Assembly: GCA_965222375.1 (NCBI GenBank)
Contig: CBDCTZ010000005.1
Coordinates: forward strand, 192,001-256,000
Length of the DNA stretch: 64,000 bases
Source: Polyangiaceae bacterium
Lineage (GTDB): Bacteria > Myxococcota_A > Polyangia > Polyangiales > Polyangiaceae
Reading direction: 5' to 3'
Part shown: one piece after another, positions 49,341 to 59,160 of the stretch
Layout: each line of letters opens with the position of its first letter
How positions within the stretch are numbered: the first letter of the stretch is position 1
Position numbers and translations under genes: made by a program
Notes under the pieces: model-generated
Seen by the model: the letters and a program-made list of their open reading frames with translations, nothing else
The model's database searches: none
Told to the model about the DNA's origin: nothing

Positions 49341-50861
49341 TCAGCGACGTGACGGACGGAAGCGGCGGCGGCGGCGCGGAGCCGAAGAACCGGTGTTCCC
49401 GCTCGGACCAGCGTCTGCGCGCTGGACGTCATCGCGAGGCGGATTGCGATCTCCAGGACGTGGACCGTCTGGGCGGCGACCCCGACGGCGCCGGCCGCGG
49501 GGGTCACTTTCGTTTCGTTGGGCGCCGTGGCCGCTGCCACGTGCTCCGGGGCGCGTACCGCTCGGGGCAGCGCTCTGCGCGGGCGCCTTGGGACGCACTG
49601 GCGCAGGCGGCAGGGCACTCTCGTCGGCGACGGGCACCTTGCGCTTGATCAGCCGCTCGATGTCGCGCAGATACGCCCGTTCTTCTTGATCACAGAACGA
49701 AACCGCGGTGCCGCTCGCACCCGCTCGGCCCGTTCGCCCGATGCGATGCACGTAGCTCTCGGGGATGTTCGGCAGGTCGAAGTTGATCACGTGGGAAATA
49801 TTGTCGATGTCGATACCGCGCGCCGCGATGTCTGTCGCCACCAACACGGGCACTCCGCCAGTGCGGAAGCTCTCCAGGGCCCGCTCCCGAGCGCTCTGAC
49901 TCTTGTTACCGTGAATGGCAGCCGCTTCGATGCCGCCGCGCGTGAGCTGGTCCGCGATCCGATTCGCACCGTGCTTGGTACGACTGAAGACGAGGGTGCG
50001 CTCCACGCCTTCGGCCCGCAGGACGCGCTCGAGCAGAACTCGTTTTTCCGCGCGCTCAGCGAAGTAGACGGATTGGGTCACCAGCTCCGCGGTTGATGCG
50101 ACTGGAGTCACCGCCACCTTTGCGGGGCGATGCAAAATGCTCCGGGAGAGCACCTCGATATCCCGGGGCATGGTCGCGGAGAAGAGCAGGGTCTGGCGCT
50201 TCTTCGGCAACTCACGGATCACCTTACGCACATCGTGAATGAAACCCATGTCGAGCATGCGATCCGCTTCGTCCAATACGAACACTTCGAGAGCGTCCAG
50301 CTTAACGAAGCCCTGGGAGATGAGGTCGAGCAATCGCCCCGGCGTGGCCACTACGATGCTGACCCCACGAGCCAAGGCCTGTTCCTGCTTGCGCTGCCCC
50401 ACGCCGCCGAAGATGACGGTATGGCGCAGACCCAAATTGCGGCCGTAGACCTCGGCGCGCTCGCCGATCTGAGCAGCCAGCTCTCGGGTCGGGGTCAGGA
50501 TCAGCGCACGGATTTGCTTGCCACTCGGCTTGGCTGCCAGGCGTTGGAGAATGGGCAATACGAAAGCCGCGGTCTTTCCGGTGCCAGTTTGAGCGCAGCC
50601 GAGCAGGTCGCGACCCTCGAGCAGGGGTGGGATGGACTGAACTTGGATCGGCGTCGGCTCTTCGTACCCTTCCGCGAGGACAGCGTGCACGAGGGGCGTA
50701 TTGAGGCCGAGCTTGGTGAATGGAGAAGCGATGACTTCAGGAGACGGCTCGCGGCTGTCCGGGCGCGTCCCCTCACCTTTTCGGTGGGAGCGGCTGTCGG
50801 AGTGCGCGGAAGCGGTGCGGACGGGCGTCGGCCCTAGCCGCTGAGGACTAAACGAATTCAT
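49341..50861 (-). CDS. rhlE: DEAD-box RNA helicase (start uncertain)
   Basis: [39 protein letters not shown]; basic tail. Confidence 0.93.
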   Translation of the reverse strand: MNSFSPQRLGPTPVRTASAHSDSRSHRKGEGTRPDSREPSPEVIASPFTKLGLNTPLVHAVLAEGYEEPTPIQVQSIPPLLEGRDLLGCAQTGTGKTAAFVLPILQRLAAKPSGKQIRALILTPTRELAAQIGERAEVYGRNLGLRHTVIFGGVGQRKQEQALARGVSIVVATPGRLLDLISQGFVKLDALEVFVLDEADRMLDMGFIHDVRKVIRELPKKRQTLLFSATMPRDIEVLSRSILHRPAKVAVTPVASTAELVTQSVYFAERAEKRVLLERVLRAEGVERTLVFSRTKHGANRIADQLTRGGIEAAAIHGNKSQSARERALESFRTGGVPVLVATDIAARGIDIDNISHVINFDLPNIPESYVHRIGRTGRAGASGTAVSFCDQEERAYLRDIERLIKRKVPVADESALPPAPVRPKAPAQSAAPSGTRPGARGSGHGAQRNESDPRGRRRRGRRPDGPRPGDRNPPRDDVQRADAGPSGNTGSSAPRRRRRFRPSRR

Positions 50862-51240
50862 ATGAGAAAAAACACTCTTTCTGGCGGCGAAGTTGCCGCT
50901 TCGTCACGTTGTCGGAGCACCGGGAGAGCCCAGCACCACAGACCGCTTTTCGGCCACACGATTCGTGAGCGGGGGCTAGATAGCGTGAAAGACCTCGACT
51001 GGCAAGTCGGGGACCTGGGCCACGCGAAGGTCGGTCCCGACCAGAACACGATTGGCAAACGCGATCGGAACGACTTACTGCGACTCGAACACGACTCCAG
51101 TTGACCGCGGTCACTGACGTAGGCGTCGCATGTGACCTCGGTTGTCGCACCCGCGCGCCACAGTTGTCCGTACACACCGTCCAGCCTCTGCGTTGCGTGG
51201 ACGCGTTTGTACTGGCACACGCCATGCACAGTTGGAGAGC

Positions 51241-52791
51241 ATGACCACTTTCGCAACACTTGAACGATTGGCCGTGCCCGCGCTGTGCATGACTCTGCTC
51301 TGCGGCTGCGGCAGCAGTGACGACGACGCTGCCGGGGGAACTGCAGGGACTGGCGGCAGCGGGGCGGGAAGCGGAGGCGCCAGCGCGGCTAGTGGCGGCG
51401 GCGGTGGCGCTGGCCTGGGCGGCGGTGCGGCGGGAGCCTCAGGCAGTGGAGCATCGGCGGGGGACGGTGGAGTCAGCGCTTCGCCCATCCAGCCCTATCT
51501 CAGCAACCCGGAGTATTGGCAGCTGCATGGCAAACCACTGCTCCTGGTGGGTGGCAGCGTCAAAGACAACCTGTTCCAACAAGACAATCTACAGCAACAG
51601 CTGGATGAGCTGGCCGCGGCGGGAGGCAACTACCTACGCAACACCATGAGCAGCCGAGACTCGGGCAATGGACAGCCTTTCAAGAAGCTCCCCAGTGGCA
51701 AATACGATTTGGATCAGTGGGACGACGGCTACTGGAAGAAGTTCGCAGACTTCCTGAAATGGACGGCGCAGCGCGACATCGTGGTGCAAATCGAAGTTTG
51801 GGATCGCTTCGACTACTCTCGGGAGCAGTGGAAGCCCAGTCCCTACAACCCGGGCAACAACGTCAACTACACCTCGAGTGAATCCGGACTGGCAGCTGAC
51901 TATCCCGACCACCCCGGCACGAACAAGCAACCGTTCTTCAAGACCGTGCCCAAACTGCAGAACAACCAGGTGGTGTTGAAGTACCAAAAGGCCGTCGTGG
52001 ACAAGATGCTCTTCTACGCCCTGATCCACAACCACGTGCTCTACACCATGGACAATGAAACCAGCGCGGATCCCGCCTGGCCGGCGTACTGGGCCACGCA
52101 TATTCAGGATGCCGCAGCCAAAGCGGGCGTGGAGGTGCAAACGACCGAGATGTGGGACGATTGGAACATCACAGCAAAGGTGCACAAGAACACCTTCGAC
52201 CACCCGGAGCTGTACAGCTTCGGCGACGTGTCCCAGAACACGCACATCAGCGACCAAACCCATTGGGACCGAATTCAGAGTGTGCGCAAATCTCTAGCTT
52301 CCTCACCGATGCCGTTGAACAACGTCAAAATCTACGGCGCCGACGGTGGCAAGTACGGCGATGACGCCGACGCTGTCGAGCGATTCTGGCGCAACGTCCT
52401 TGGCGGCCTGGCTTCCAGCCGCTTCCATCGGCCCACCGCTGGGATCGGCATCTCGGCCAAGGCAAAACGACACTTGACCGCCGTTCGCTTGATCGAAGAG
52501 CGCGCCAAGTTTTGGGATCTCGAACCGCACAACGACTTGCTCAGTGATCGCCAAAGCGACGAAGCCTACTTGGCTGCGAAGCCAGGTCTGACCTACGTGC
52601 TGTATTTCACCAACGGGGGCTCCGTGGGCCTGGACCTGTCGACAGCCACCGGAAAGTTTCGACTCGAGTGGGTCGACCTGAACAAGGGCGCTTGGAGCGG
52701 TGCGTCAGAGGTCAGCGCTGGCGCGGCAGTCACCATAAAGGCGCCATCCAGCGGTACGCAGCTCGCCGTCGTCGACTCGACGTCGAACTAG
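51241..52791 (+). CDS. Glycoside-hydrolase-like lipoprotein with C-terminal beta-sandwich
   Basis: LCGC lipobox; GGNYLRNTMS, IVVQIEVWD, MDNE. Confidence 0.75.
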   Translation: MTTFATLERLAVPALCMTLLCGCGSSDDDAAGGTAGTGGSGAGSGGASAASGGGGGAGLGGGAAGASGSGASAGDGGVSASPIQPYLSNPEYWQLHGKPLLLVGGSVKDNLFQQDNLQQQLDELAAAGGNYLRNTMSSRDSGNGQPFKKLPSGKYDLDQWDDGYWKKFADFLKWTAQRDIVVQIEVWDRFDYSREQWKPSPYNPGNNVNYTSSESGLAADYPDHPGTNKQPFFKTVPKLQNNQVVLKYQKAVVDKMLFYALIHNHVLYTMDNETSADPAWPAYWATHIQDAAAKAGVEVQTTEMWDDWNITAKVHKNTFDHPELYSFGDVSQNTHISDQTHWDRIQSVRKSLASSPMPLNNVKIYGADGGKYGDDADAVERFWRNVLGGLASSRFHRPTAGIGISAKAKRHLTAVRLIEERAKFWDLEPHNDLLSDRQSDEAYLAAKPGLTYVLYFTNGGSVGLDLSTATGKFRLEWVDLNKGAWSGASEVSAGAAVTIKAPSSGTQLAVVDSTSN

Positions 52792-52917
52792 CCTGTCGCG
52801 GAAAAGCGCTGTCTGCGCTGCGGCGCTCGATCGCAAAACTCACGCCCAGGGAAACTTCGCCCTTGGTCATTGGCGCTCGAGCTGACTTAATGCGTTCCTG
52901 ACCAAAGGAGCGCCTAC

Positions 52918-54432
52918 GTGATTGAAACGGTGAAGATCGAAGTCGACCGCAGCCTGAAAAACTACGAGCGTGATCCGAGCCTGGCGCCTGCCGTACGCGA
53001 GCTGAGAGAAGAGGCCAAGACCCTGGTGCCCAAGCTCGCTGGGCGGAAACTCTGGATGGTCAACTCAACGGCCAAGGGCGGCGGCGTTGCCGAAATGATG
53101 CCCACCCTGGTCACCATCTTGAGGGAGGTGGGCGTCGAGACCGAGTGGGCCGTCATCAACACCAAGCGCACCGAATTCTTTGACCTCACCAAGCGGTTAC
53201 ATAATCTGATTCACGGCAGCGGGGAGCCGAAACTTTCGCCGACGGACGCGCAGCTATACGCGACGGTCGCCCAGGAGCTCGCCACGGAGTTCGAGAAGTT
53301 ACTGAGCCCCCAGGACATCTTGGCCATCCACGACCCACAACCCGCGGGCATGGGTGCGTTGCTCAAGCTCAAGCTCGGGCTGCCGTGTTTGTGGCGCTGC
53401 CATATCGGCCTCGACAGCGTGAACGACCAGACCCAAGAAGCCTGGCGCTTTCTGAAGCCCCACGTTCGTGCCTACGACGATGTGGTCTTCACTGCACCCG
53501 AGTACATCCCGGACTACCTCACCGGCAACGTACATATCATTCACCCCGCCCTCGACCCCCTCAGCTACAAGAATCGTGACCTAAACGTTCACGTGGTGAC
53601 AGGCGTGTTGGCCAACGCGGGGCTGATCGAGGAGCACCACCCAGTTCTCACCCCCCACTACGATACGCCCGCGGAGCGCCTCCAACCCGACGGCAGCTTC
53701 AAGGTCGCCACCGCTCCAGAGGAAATCGGACTGCTTTACCGAACCGTGATCACCCAGATCTCGCGCTGGGACAGGCTCAAGGGTTGGAAGCCACTGATGG
53801 ACGGCTTCGCTGCCCTGAAGCACAGGCTCAACAACGGCGAACTCAAAGTCTCGGATCATGATCGCCACCGGCTGAGGATCATGCGCCTCGTGCTCGCCGG
53901 CCCCGAGCCCGCCGCAGTTGCCGACGATCCCGAGGCCAAAGAGGTTCTCGAGGAACTCAAAGCGACCTACTGCACCCTGGAGCCGAAGATCCAAAGCGAC
54001 ATTGTCATGCTGAGCCTTCCGATGGCGGAGCGGCGCGTGAATGCACTGATGGTCAACGCCCTGCAGCGCTGCTCCAGCGTGGTGGTTCAAAACTCACTGC
54101 AAGAAGGGTTCGGGCTCACGGTCACCGAGGCGATGTGGAAGGGGGTGCCGGTGCTGGGCTCCGTCGCCTGTGGCATCCGCCAACAAATCCGCGACAAGGT
54201 GGACGGTCGACTGATCGACGATCCTGAGAGTGCTGAAGCCGTCGAGAGAACTCTGCTAGAGGTGTTGAACAACACCGACGACCGCGAGGGCTGCGCCCTC
54301 AACGCTCGCCGCCGAGCGCACCACGAATTTTTGGTATTCACCCAGGCTCGGCGCTGGCTCGAGGTCGTAGCCCACTCCCTGTCTCGGGGCGATCCCCCCT
54401 CGAGCCGTGGAGTCGTGCTACCTGCATCATGA
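52918..54432 (+). CDS. treT: Trehalose synthase-like GT4 glycosyltransferase
   Basis: NSTAKGGGVAEM, HDPQP, WRCHI, QISRWDRLKG, EGFGLTVTEAMWKG. Confidence 0.88.
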   Translation: MIETVKIEVDRSLKNYERDPSLAPAVRELREEAKTLVPKLAGRKLWMVNSTAKGGGVAEMMPTLVTILREVGVETEWAVINTKRTEFFDLTKRLHNLIHGSGEPKLSPTDAQLYATVAQELATEFEKLLSPQDILAIHDPQPAGMGALLKLKLGLPCLWRCHIGLDSVNDQTQEAWRFLKPHVRAYDDVVFTAPEYIPDYLTGNVHIIHPALDPLSYKNRDLNVHVVTGVLANAGLIEEHHPVLTPHYDTPAERLQPDGSFKVATAPEEIGLLYRTVITQISRWDRLKGWKPLMDGFAALKHRLNNGELKVSDHDRHRLRIMRLVLAGPEPAAVADDPEAKEVLEELKATYCTLEPKIQSDIVMLSLPMAERRVNALMVNALQRCSSVVVQNSLQEGFGLTVTEAMWKGVPVLGSVACGIRQQIRDKVDGRLIDDPESAEAVERTLLEVLNNTDDREGCALNARRRAHHEFLVFTQARRWLEVVAHSLSRGDPPSSRGVVLPAS

Positions 54433-54621
54433 CCGTCGGTGGCTCGCGGCGGCCGGCGGCGGCGTTCCTTCATCCTGAGAGCCGGAGCAGTCGGGAGTCT
54501 TTCCCGTCGACCGACGGGGATTCGGAACCGCTCAGGTAGGGACCCCCAGCCGGGGCAGAAGCCAAACCTGCACGCCGATCCAGACGGCCATCACGATCAG
54601 AAGAGAAAGCGTACTACCCAC

Positions 54622-55200
54622 TCACGGCTCCTTCGGGATTTCGACCCATACCACGCCGCGCACGTCGCCCTTGGAGAACCCGGTGGCTCGGTCGCCGGGG
54701 TAGCGCGCTGACAGTTCAGCTTTGACCTCCGCTGGGATGCTTGCGGGGTCGCCATGGCAGTTGAGGCAGAGCGGCTTTGTTCCTAGAGGCTGCACGACCC
54801 CCAAAGACGAACCCAGGTCGAACACGGCCGGCTTCACATCCACGGCCTTCTTGTCCGAGATCTCCGCAAGGTAGGGTTTGAGCCAGGGCCGAGCCAGGTT
54901 GTCCTTGGGGTTGCGCAACTTGGCGCTCGTCCGACCCAACTGAACCCTGTGACGCTCCCCTACTTTCTGCGTCATGGTTTTTGCTTCCGCGGAGCACACG
55001 GCAACGCCAGCTTTGGGGCCGCTAGCCTTGACGGTCTTCAGCAAGCGGCCGCTCAGGGTTTGCTTCAACTCCGCGATGGCCGTGTTGGCCGCCGCAACTC
55101 GGGGCTCGAGTTCGGCAGGAACCGAGTCGAGGCGCTTGGGGCCCGAATCACAGCTCAGGGCGCCCATGGCCAACAGCAGCAGCCACCTTCGAGTAGTCAC
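54622..55200 (-). CDS. DUF3365 / Tll0287-like c-type heme lipoprotein
   Basis: RTS.KLRNP.N, CLNCH, YPGDRATGF..GDVRG. Confidence 0.88.
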   Translation of the reverse strand: MTTRRWLLLLAMGALSCDSGPKRLDSVPAELEPRVAAANTAIAELKQTLSGRLLKTVKASGPKAGVAVCSAEAKTMTQKVGERHRVQLGRTSAKLRNPKDNLARPWLKPYLAEISDKKAVDVKPAVFDLGSSLGVVQPLGTKPLCLNCHGDPASIPAEVKAELSARYPGDRATGFSKGDVRGVVWVEIPKEP

Positions 55201-55282
55201 GACCCAAGTGAGAGCCCCTTGAGCCCGAAAAGGGTTCGCGGCAGGCCGGAAATACCGAAACATCTCTCACAAACCCGGGTAG

Positions 55283-57211
55283 TCATCGAGGAGTCTCGGC
55301 ATGGCCGGACCGCGCGAGGGCCCGCCGCACCGCGTCCTCCAGCTGGGTCAGCTGGTAGGGCTTGGGCAGAAACCACACGCGCTCCCCTGCGACAACACGT
55401 GGATCGCGAGCATGGTCGGAGTAGCCGCTCGACAGGACCACTGGCAGGCTCGGCGCTAGTGCGCGCAGCCCCTCGAGCAACTCGAAGCCATCCATCCCCG
55501 GCATCGTCACATCAAGCAGTGCCAGATCGACATCGCGCTCGTTGTCTCGAAATAGCTGCAATGCGGTCGGGCCGTCCTCAGCCAAGAGCACCACGTGCCC
55601 AAGCGCTTCGAGCGCAACTTGAAGCACACTCGCCAGGGGCGGCTCGTCTTCTGCAACGAGCACCGTCGCTGTCTGCGGCGAGGTTTGCGGCGTCTTCGAG
55701 GCAGGGCGCCCAGTGGCGGGCTCTGTTGCCACGGGCAACAGCACGCGAAAGCACGTGCCCTTGCCCGGCTCGCTGTCGACCTCGATCGCCGCGCCGTGGC
55801 TGCGCACGATGCCTTGGACGGCCGCGAGGCCCAGGCCCCGACCTGCGAACTTGGTTGTGAAAAACGGATCGAAGATCCTCTGGCGTGTCGCCGCATCCAT
55901 TCCCGCACCCGTGTCGCTCACTTCCAGCGTCACATAGCGCCCGGGCGAAAGGTGCAAGTCTGCACAACGTGCAGACTCCGCCGCCAATTCCGTCACACCG
56001 GTACAAATTCGGATCGACCCGCTGCCATCCGGGAGCGCCTCCGCAGCGTTGATGATCAGGTTCATCGCGAGCTGTTGCAGCTGCGCAGGATCTACCTTCA
56101 CTGGCGGCAGTTCGGGGGACAGCTCGTAGCTCACACGGGCTTTCTTGGGCACCGAGACGCGCAACATCTCCCCGACGTCCTCGATGGCCTCGCCCAAGTC
56201 GACGACCTCGGTTCGTGGATCCCCCTGCCCCGCATAGACCAGAAGTTGGTTCGTCAGACTACTGCCCCGCTGGGCTGCGGCGCCGATCTGCCCCAAGCAT
56301 TCCCGCACCTTGCTCACGTCTTCGGGAGTGCGCAGTGCCAACTCAGCATTGCAGACAACCACAGCGAGCAGATTGTTGAAGTCATGGGCAATGCCGCCCG
56401 CCAGCACCCCGAGGGTCTCCAGCTTCTGCGCGTGCTGCACTCGGGCTTCGCGTCGGGCCTGGTCCGCCTCTTGGCGGCGCTGATCCGTTAAATCTCGAAA
56501 GCCAGTGATCCGTGCGGGGCGCCCATCGTACGTGACGCTGCGCCCCAGCACCTCACACGAGAACGTGCTGCCATCTTTGCGAACGGCGACCACTTCGTAG
56601 GGCGTCTCCACCTTGGCGCGAATGTTCCTGAGCGCAACCTCAGTGGATTCGGGCGTCGTAATGTCCTGCGGGCGGCGGCCCACCAGCTCTCCGGGGCCAT
56701 ACCCCAACATGGCTTCCAGGGCACGGTTTGCGTATGTCATCCTCCCGTCGACCAAAATCGCGAGCCCCTGAAATAGTGCTTCAGCCATGGCCCGATAACG
56801 TTGCTCGGCCTCCGCTCGCTGCCGCTCGGCGTTCTTTAGATCGGTAATGTCGTGCGTGATCAGCACCGCGCTCTCGACACGACCATCCACGATCACCGGG
56901 CTGATTCGGTTCACGTAGTAGTGCCCTGTGACGCTACCGACCGACTCATAGCTCGCCAAGGACGACGTCTCGAATACTTCTTCGAGGGCACGCCCGAAGG
57001 CTTCGTGAGAGGCCGGCTCCATCCACTTGCACACGTTGGTGCCAATCACGTCTTCCAACCGGTGCCCCGGCGGCGCCCGATTCATGTAGCTGATCACCCC
57101 CTCGCGATCGAAATGCAGCATGTAGTCTGGAGCGTGCGCGGTAATCGACGTGAGCATGCGTTCTACGGCCCTGAGCCGGGCCAGCTCTGCTGCTTCGTCT
57201 GTCACTTCCAT
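55283..57211 (-). CDS. Hybrid PAS-PAS histidine kinase / response regulator
   Basis: GGIAHDFNNLL, NLIINA, DTGAGM, FFTTK, GLGL; receiver LLDVTMP. Confidence 0.96.
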   Translation of the reverse strand: MEVTDEAAELARLRAVERMLTSITAHAPDYMLHFDREGVISYMNRAPPGHRLEDVIGTNVCKWMEPASHEAFGRALEEVFETSSLASYESVGSVTGHYYVNRISPVIVDGRVESAVLITHDITDLKNAERQRAEAEQRYRAMAEALFQGLAILVDGRMTYANRALEAMLGYGPGELVGRRPQDITTPESTEVALRNIRAKVETPYEVVAVRKDGSTFSCEVLGRSVTYDGRPARITGFRDLTDQRRQEADQARREARVQHAQKLETLGVLAGGIAHDFNNLLAVVVCNAELALRTPEDVSKVRECLGQIGAAAQRGSSLTNQLLVYAGQGDPRTEVVDLGEAIEDVGEMLRVSVPKKARVSYELSPELPPVKVDPAQLQQLAMNLIINAAEALPDGSGSIRICTGVTELAAESARCADLHLSPGRYVTLEVSDTGAGMDAATRQRIFDPFFTTKFAGRGLGLAAVQGIVRSHGAAIEVDSEPGKGTCFRVLLPVATEPATGRPASKTPQTSPQTATVLVAEDEPPLASVLQVALEALGHVVLLAEDGPTALQLFRDNERDVDLALLDVTMPGMDGFELLEGLRALAPSLPVVLSSGYSDHARDPRVVAGERVWFLPKPYQLTQLEDAVRRALARSGHAETPR

Positions 57212-57276
57212 CAGCCTAGCCCAGCGTCCAAGCGCCTCGCTGCACAATTCGGCGCCGCACCTGGGATGCGCGGCGT

Positions 57277-58974
57277 ATGCTCGGTGGCGTGACGATCAGC
57301 TCGGTGTTCCTGGAGCATGAGTACGTATTCGTGGTGCCGGCCGAGGCCCTGACGAGCGAGGGGGTGGCAGCCGAATTCGCAGCCGACTTGCAGAGCAAGC
57401 GCGGGGTGAGCGCTGGCTGGCTGTCGAGCTTCAATCGCGCCATTTCGGACTACTGCCAACGCGCCCAGACGCTGAGCGCTCGCAGTCCAGACTACTGGCG
57501 CCCGCCACGCATGCAGAACGTCGTGGTGGCCGTCGACTCGTGGGGCGTCCGTCCATACTTTCAGCCATTTCACGGCAGCAGCTGGTTCGTCTACGCCTCA
57601 GACTTCGAGGCTGATACGTCGAGTCATGAGCTGTCCGTACTAGTGCTGCTCTACGTCGAACACCTGGGCATGGTGCGCGATCCGATGCGTGCCGCCGCGC
57701 GCACCCTCTCCTACTTGCTCACGCTCACCGATGAGCAGATCGCAGATCTCTGCGGGGGTTGCCTGCGCACGACCCGAGCAGACGCGGTGGCGTTTCGCAC
57801 CCTGGCCGAACACATGTCCGCCTTGCGCCAACTACACCACGAGGACCTTTCCCCCGCCCCAGAGAGCCGCAGTGACGAATACTCTCGGATCCGGGAGGCG
57901 GGTCTACTCGTGCCAAAGTCCTTGGCACACACGGTTCAGGGCGTGGCCAATGTCTTTGGCCGTGCGGCGGAAGTGGCGGCCCAAAGGTACTTGGCGTCGT
58001 TCACGGAATCCGCTGGGCCGGAGCATGCTGGCGAGTTCGTGCAGTGGCTGAAACAAAATCAGCCACACGTGTTGCTCAACGACGAGGCGGGCGGCCTTCT
58101 GTGGGATCCAGAGGCTCCCGATGAGGTCGAGCAGATCCGAATCGCCATCCAGGGCATGACCCAGGCGGCCGCGCGCAGCTTGGAGCACGACCTGCGCCTC
58201 GTTTCCAACTGTTCCAAGACGTTTCTGGGATCTCTGAGGCAGCCGGAGTTGCTACCGGAGCCCACCGAAATCGAGCAAGACGGCGGCACCTACCTGCACG
58301 CCACCCGAAAGCTCCTGGTCTACGATCTGGTGCAGCCCGGGTTGCTCACCCTGGTGGAACCATCGCCACCGTTTCATCGGCAGCTGCTTGCTGCGCGCAG
58401 CATTCATGAGTGGGGGCACCTCGCGGTGGATGCGGGTTGGGTGCGCGTCCCCATCGAAAGCCAGGCACAGCACGCCGACGCGATTCGGACTCTGGAAAGC
58501 CTGTTTGATCAAATCTTGTCCGAGGCACCGCTGAGCCTGCATCAGCAAACCCTCGAGGAAGCGGCGAGCTTTTCGGGAGGACCCGTCGACAAGATCGGCC
58601 CGGCGTACGCACGGCTGATTTACGACCGAGCCTCAGACTTCGCGTCCAACCTTCTGGCCCGTCACTACCTAGGGAGTGAGCTGCACTGCTATCTGCGAGC
58701 CAACGTGCGCAGCCTCTGGCACGACGGGCTTAGCCTGTTCAACCAGCTGGCGCGGCACGCATACGAGTTTCAATACCTGCGCCTGGCAGACTTCGATGAT
58801 CCCATTTCCTATTTCTTCGCGACGACCTGGGCGAGAGAAACGTTCATCGAGACCCGTGTGGTCACGGAGTCGAGTTTGATCCGCCTGTTCGACGCCGCCT
58901 ACGACGTGTTGCGTTGTTACAAAGTCGATCACGCTGCGTTTCAAGACCTGCCCCGCACGCCGCAAGTGCCTTGA
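57277..58974 (+). CDS. Hypothetical protein with HExxH motif
   Basis: 565-aa ORF; RSIHEWGHLA. Confidence 0.8.
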   Translation: MLGGVTISSVFLEHEYVFVVPAEALTSEGVAAEFAADLQSKRGVSAGWLSSFNRAISDYCQRAQTLSARSPDYWRPPRMQNVVVAVDSWGVRPYFQPFHGSSWFVYASDFEADTSSHELSVLVLLYVEHLGMVRDPMRAAARTLSYLLTLTDEQIADLCGGCLRTTRADAVAFRTLAEHMSALRQLHHEDLSPAPESRSDEYSRIREAGLLVPKSLAHTVQGVANVFGRAAEVAAQRYLASFTESAGPEHAGEFVQWLKQNQPHVLLNDEAGGLLWDPEAPDEVEQIRIAIQGMTQAAARSLEHDLRLVSNCSKTFLGSLRQPELLPEPTEIEQDGGTYLHATRKLLVYDLVQPGLLTLVEPSPPFHRQLLAARSIHEWGHLAVDAGWVRVPIESQAQHADAIRTLESLFDQILSEAPLSLHQQTLEEAASFSGGPVDKIGPAYARLIYDRASDFASNLLARHYLGSELHCYLRANVRSLWHDGLSLFNQLARHAYEFQYLRLADFDDPISYFFATTWARETFIETRVVTESSLIRLFDAAYDVLRCYKVDHAAFQDLPRTPQVP

Positions 58975-59160
58975 GCCCGCTTGCGGGAGCACACCCGGCG
59001 CCCTCGCCTCGAGCCGCGAGGGCCCGAACACCGGACCGTTCCAGCTGGGGCGGCAATCTGCGTCAGCGCTGCAAACGTTCGACACCATTCCGAAAAATAC
59101 GCTAATCGCACACTATCCTACATTGTCACCCTGTGCTTTCCTTGTTCCAGGGAGACCCCA

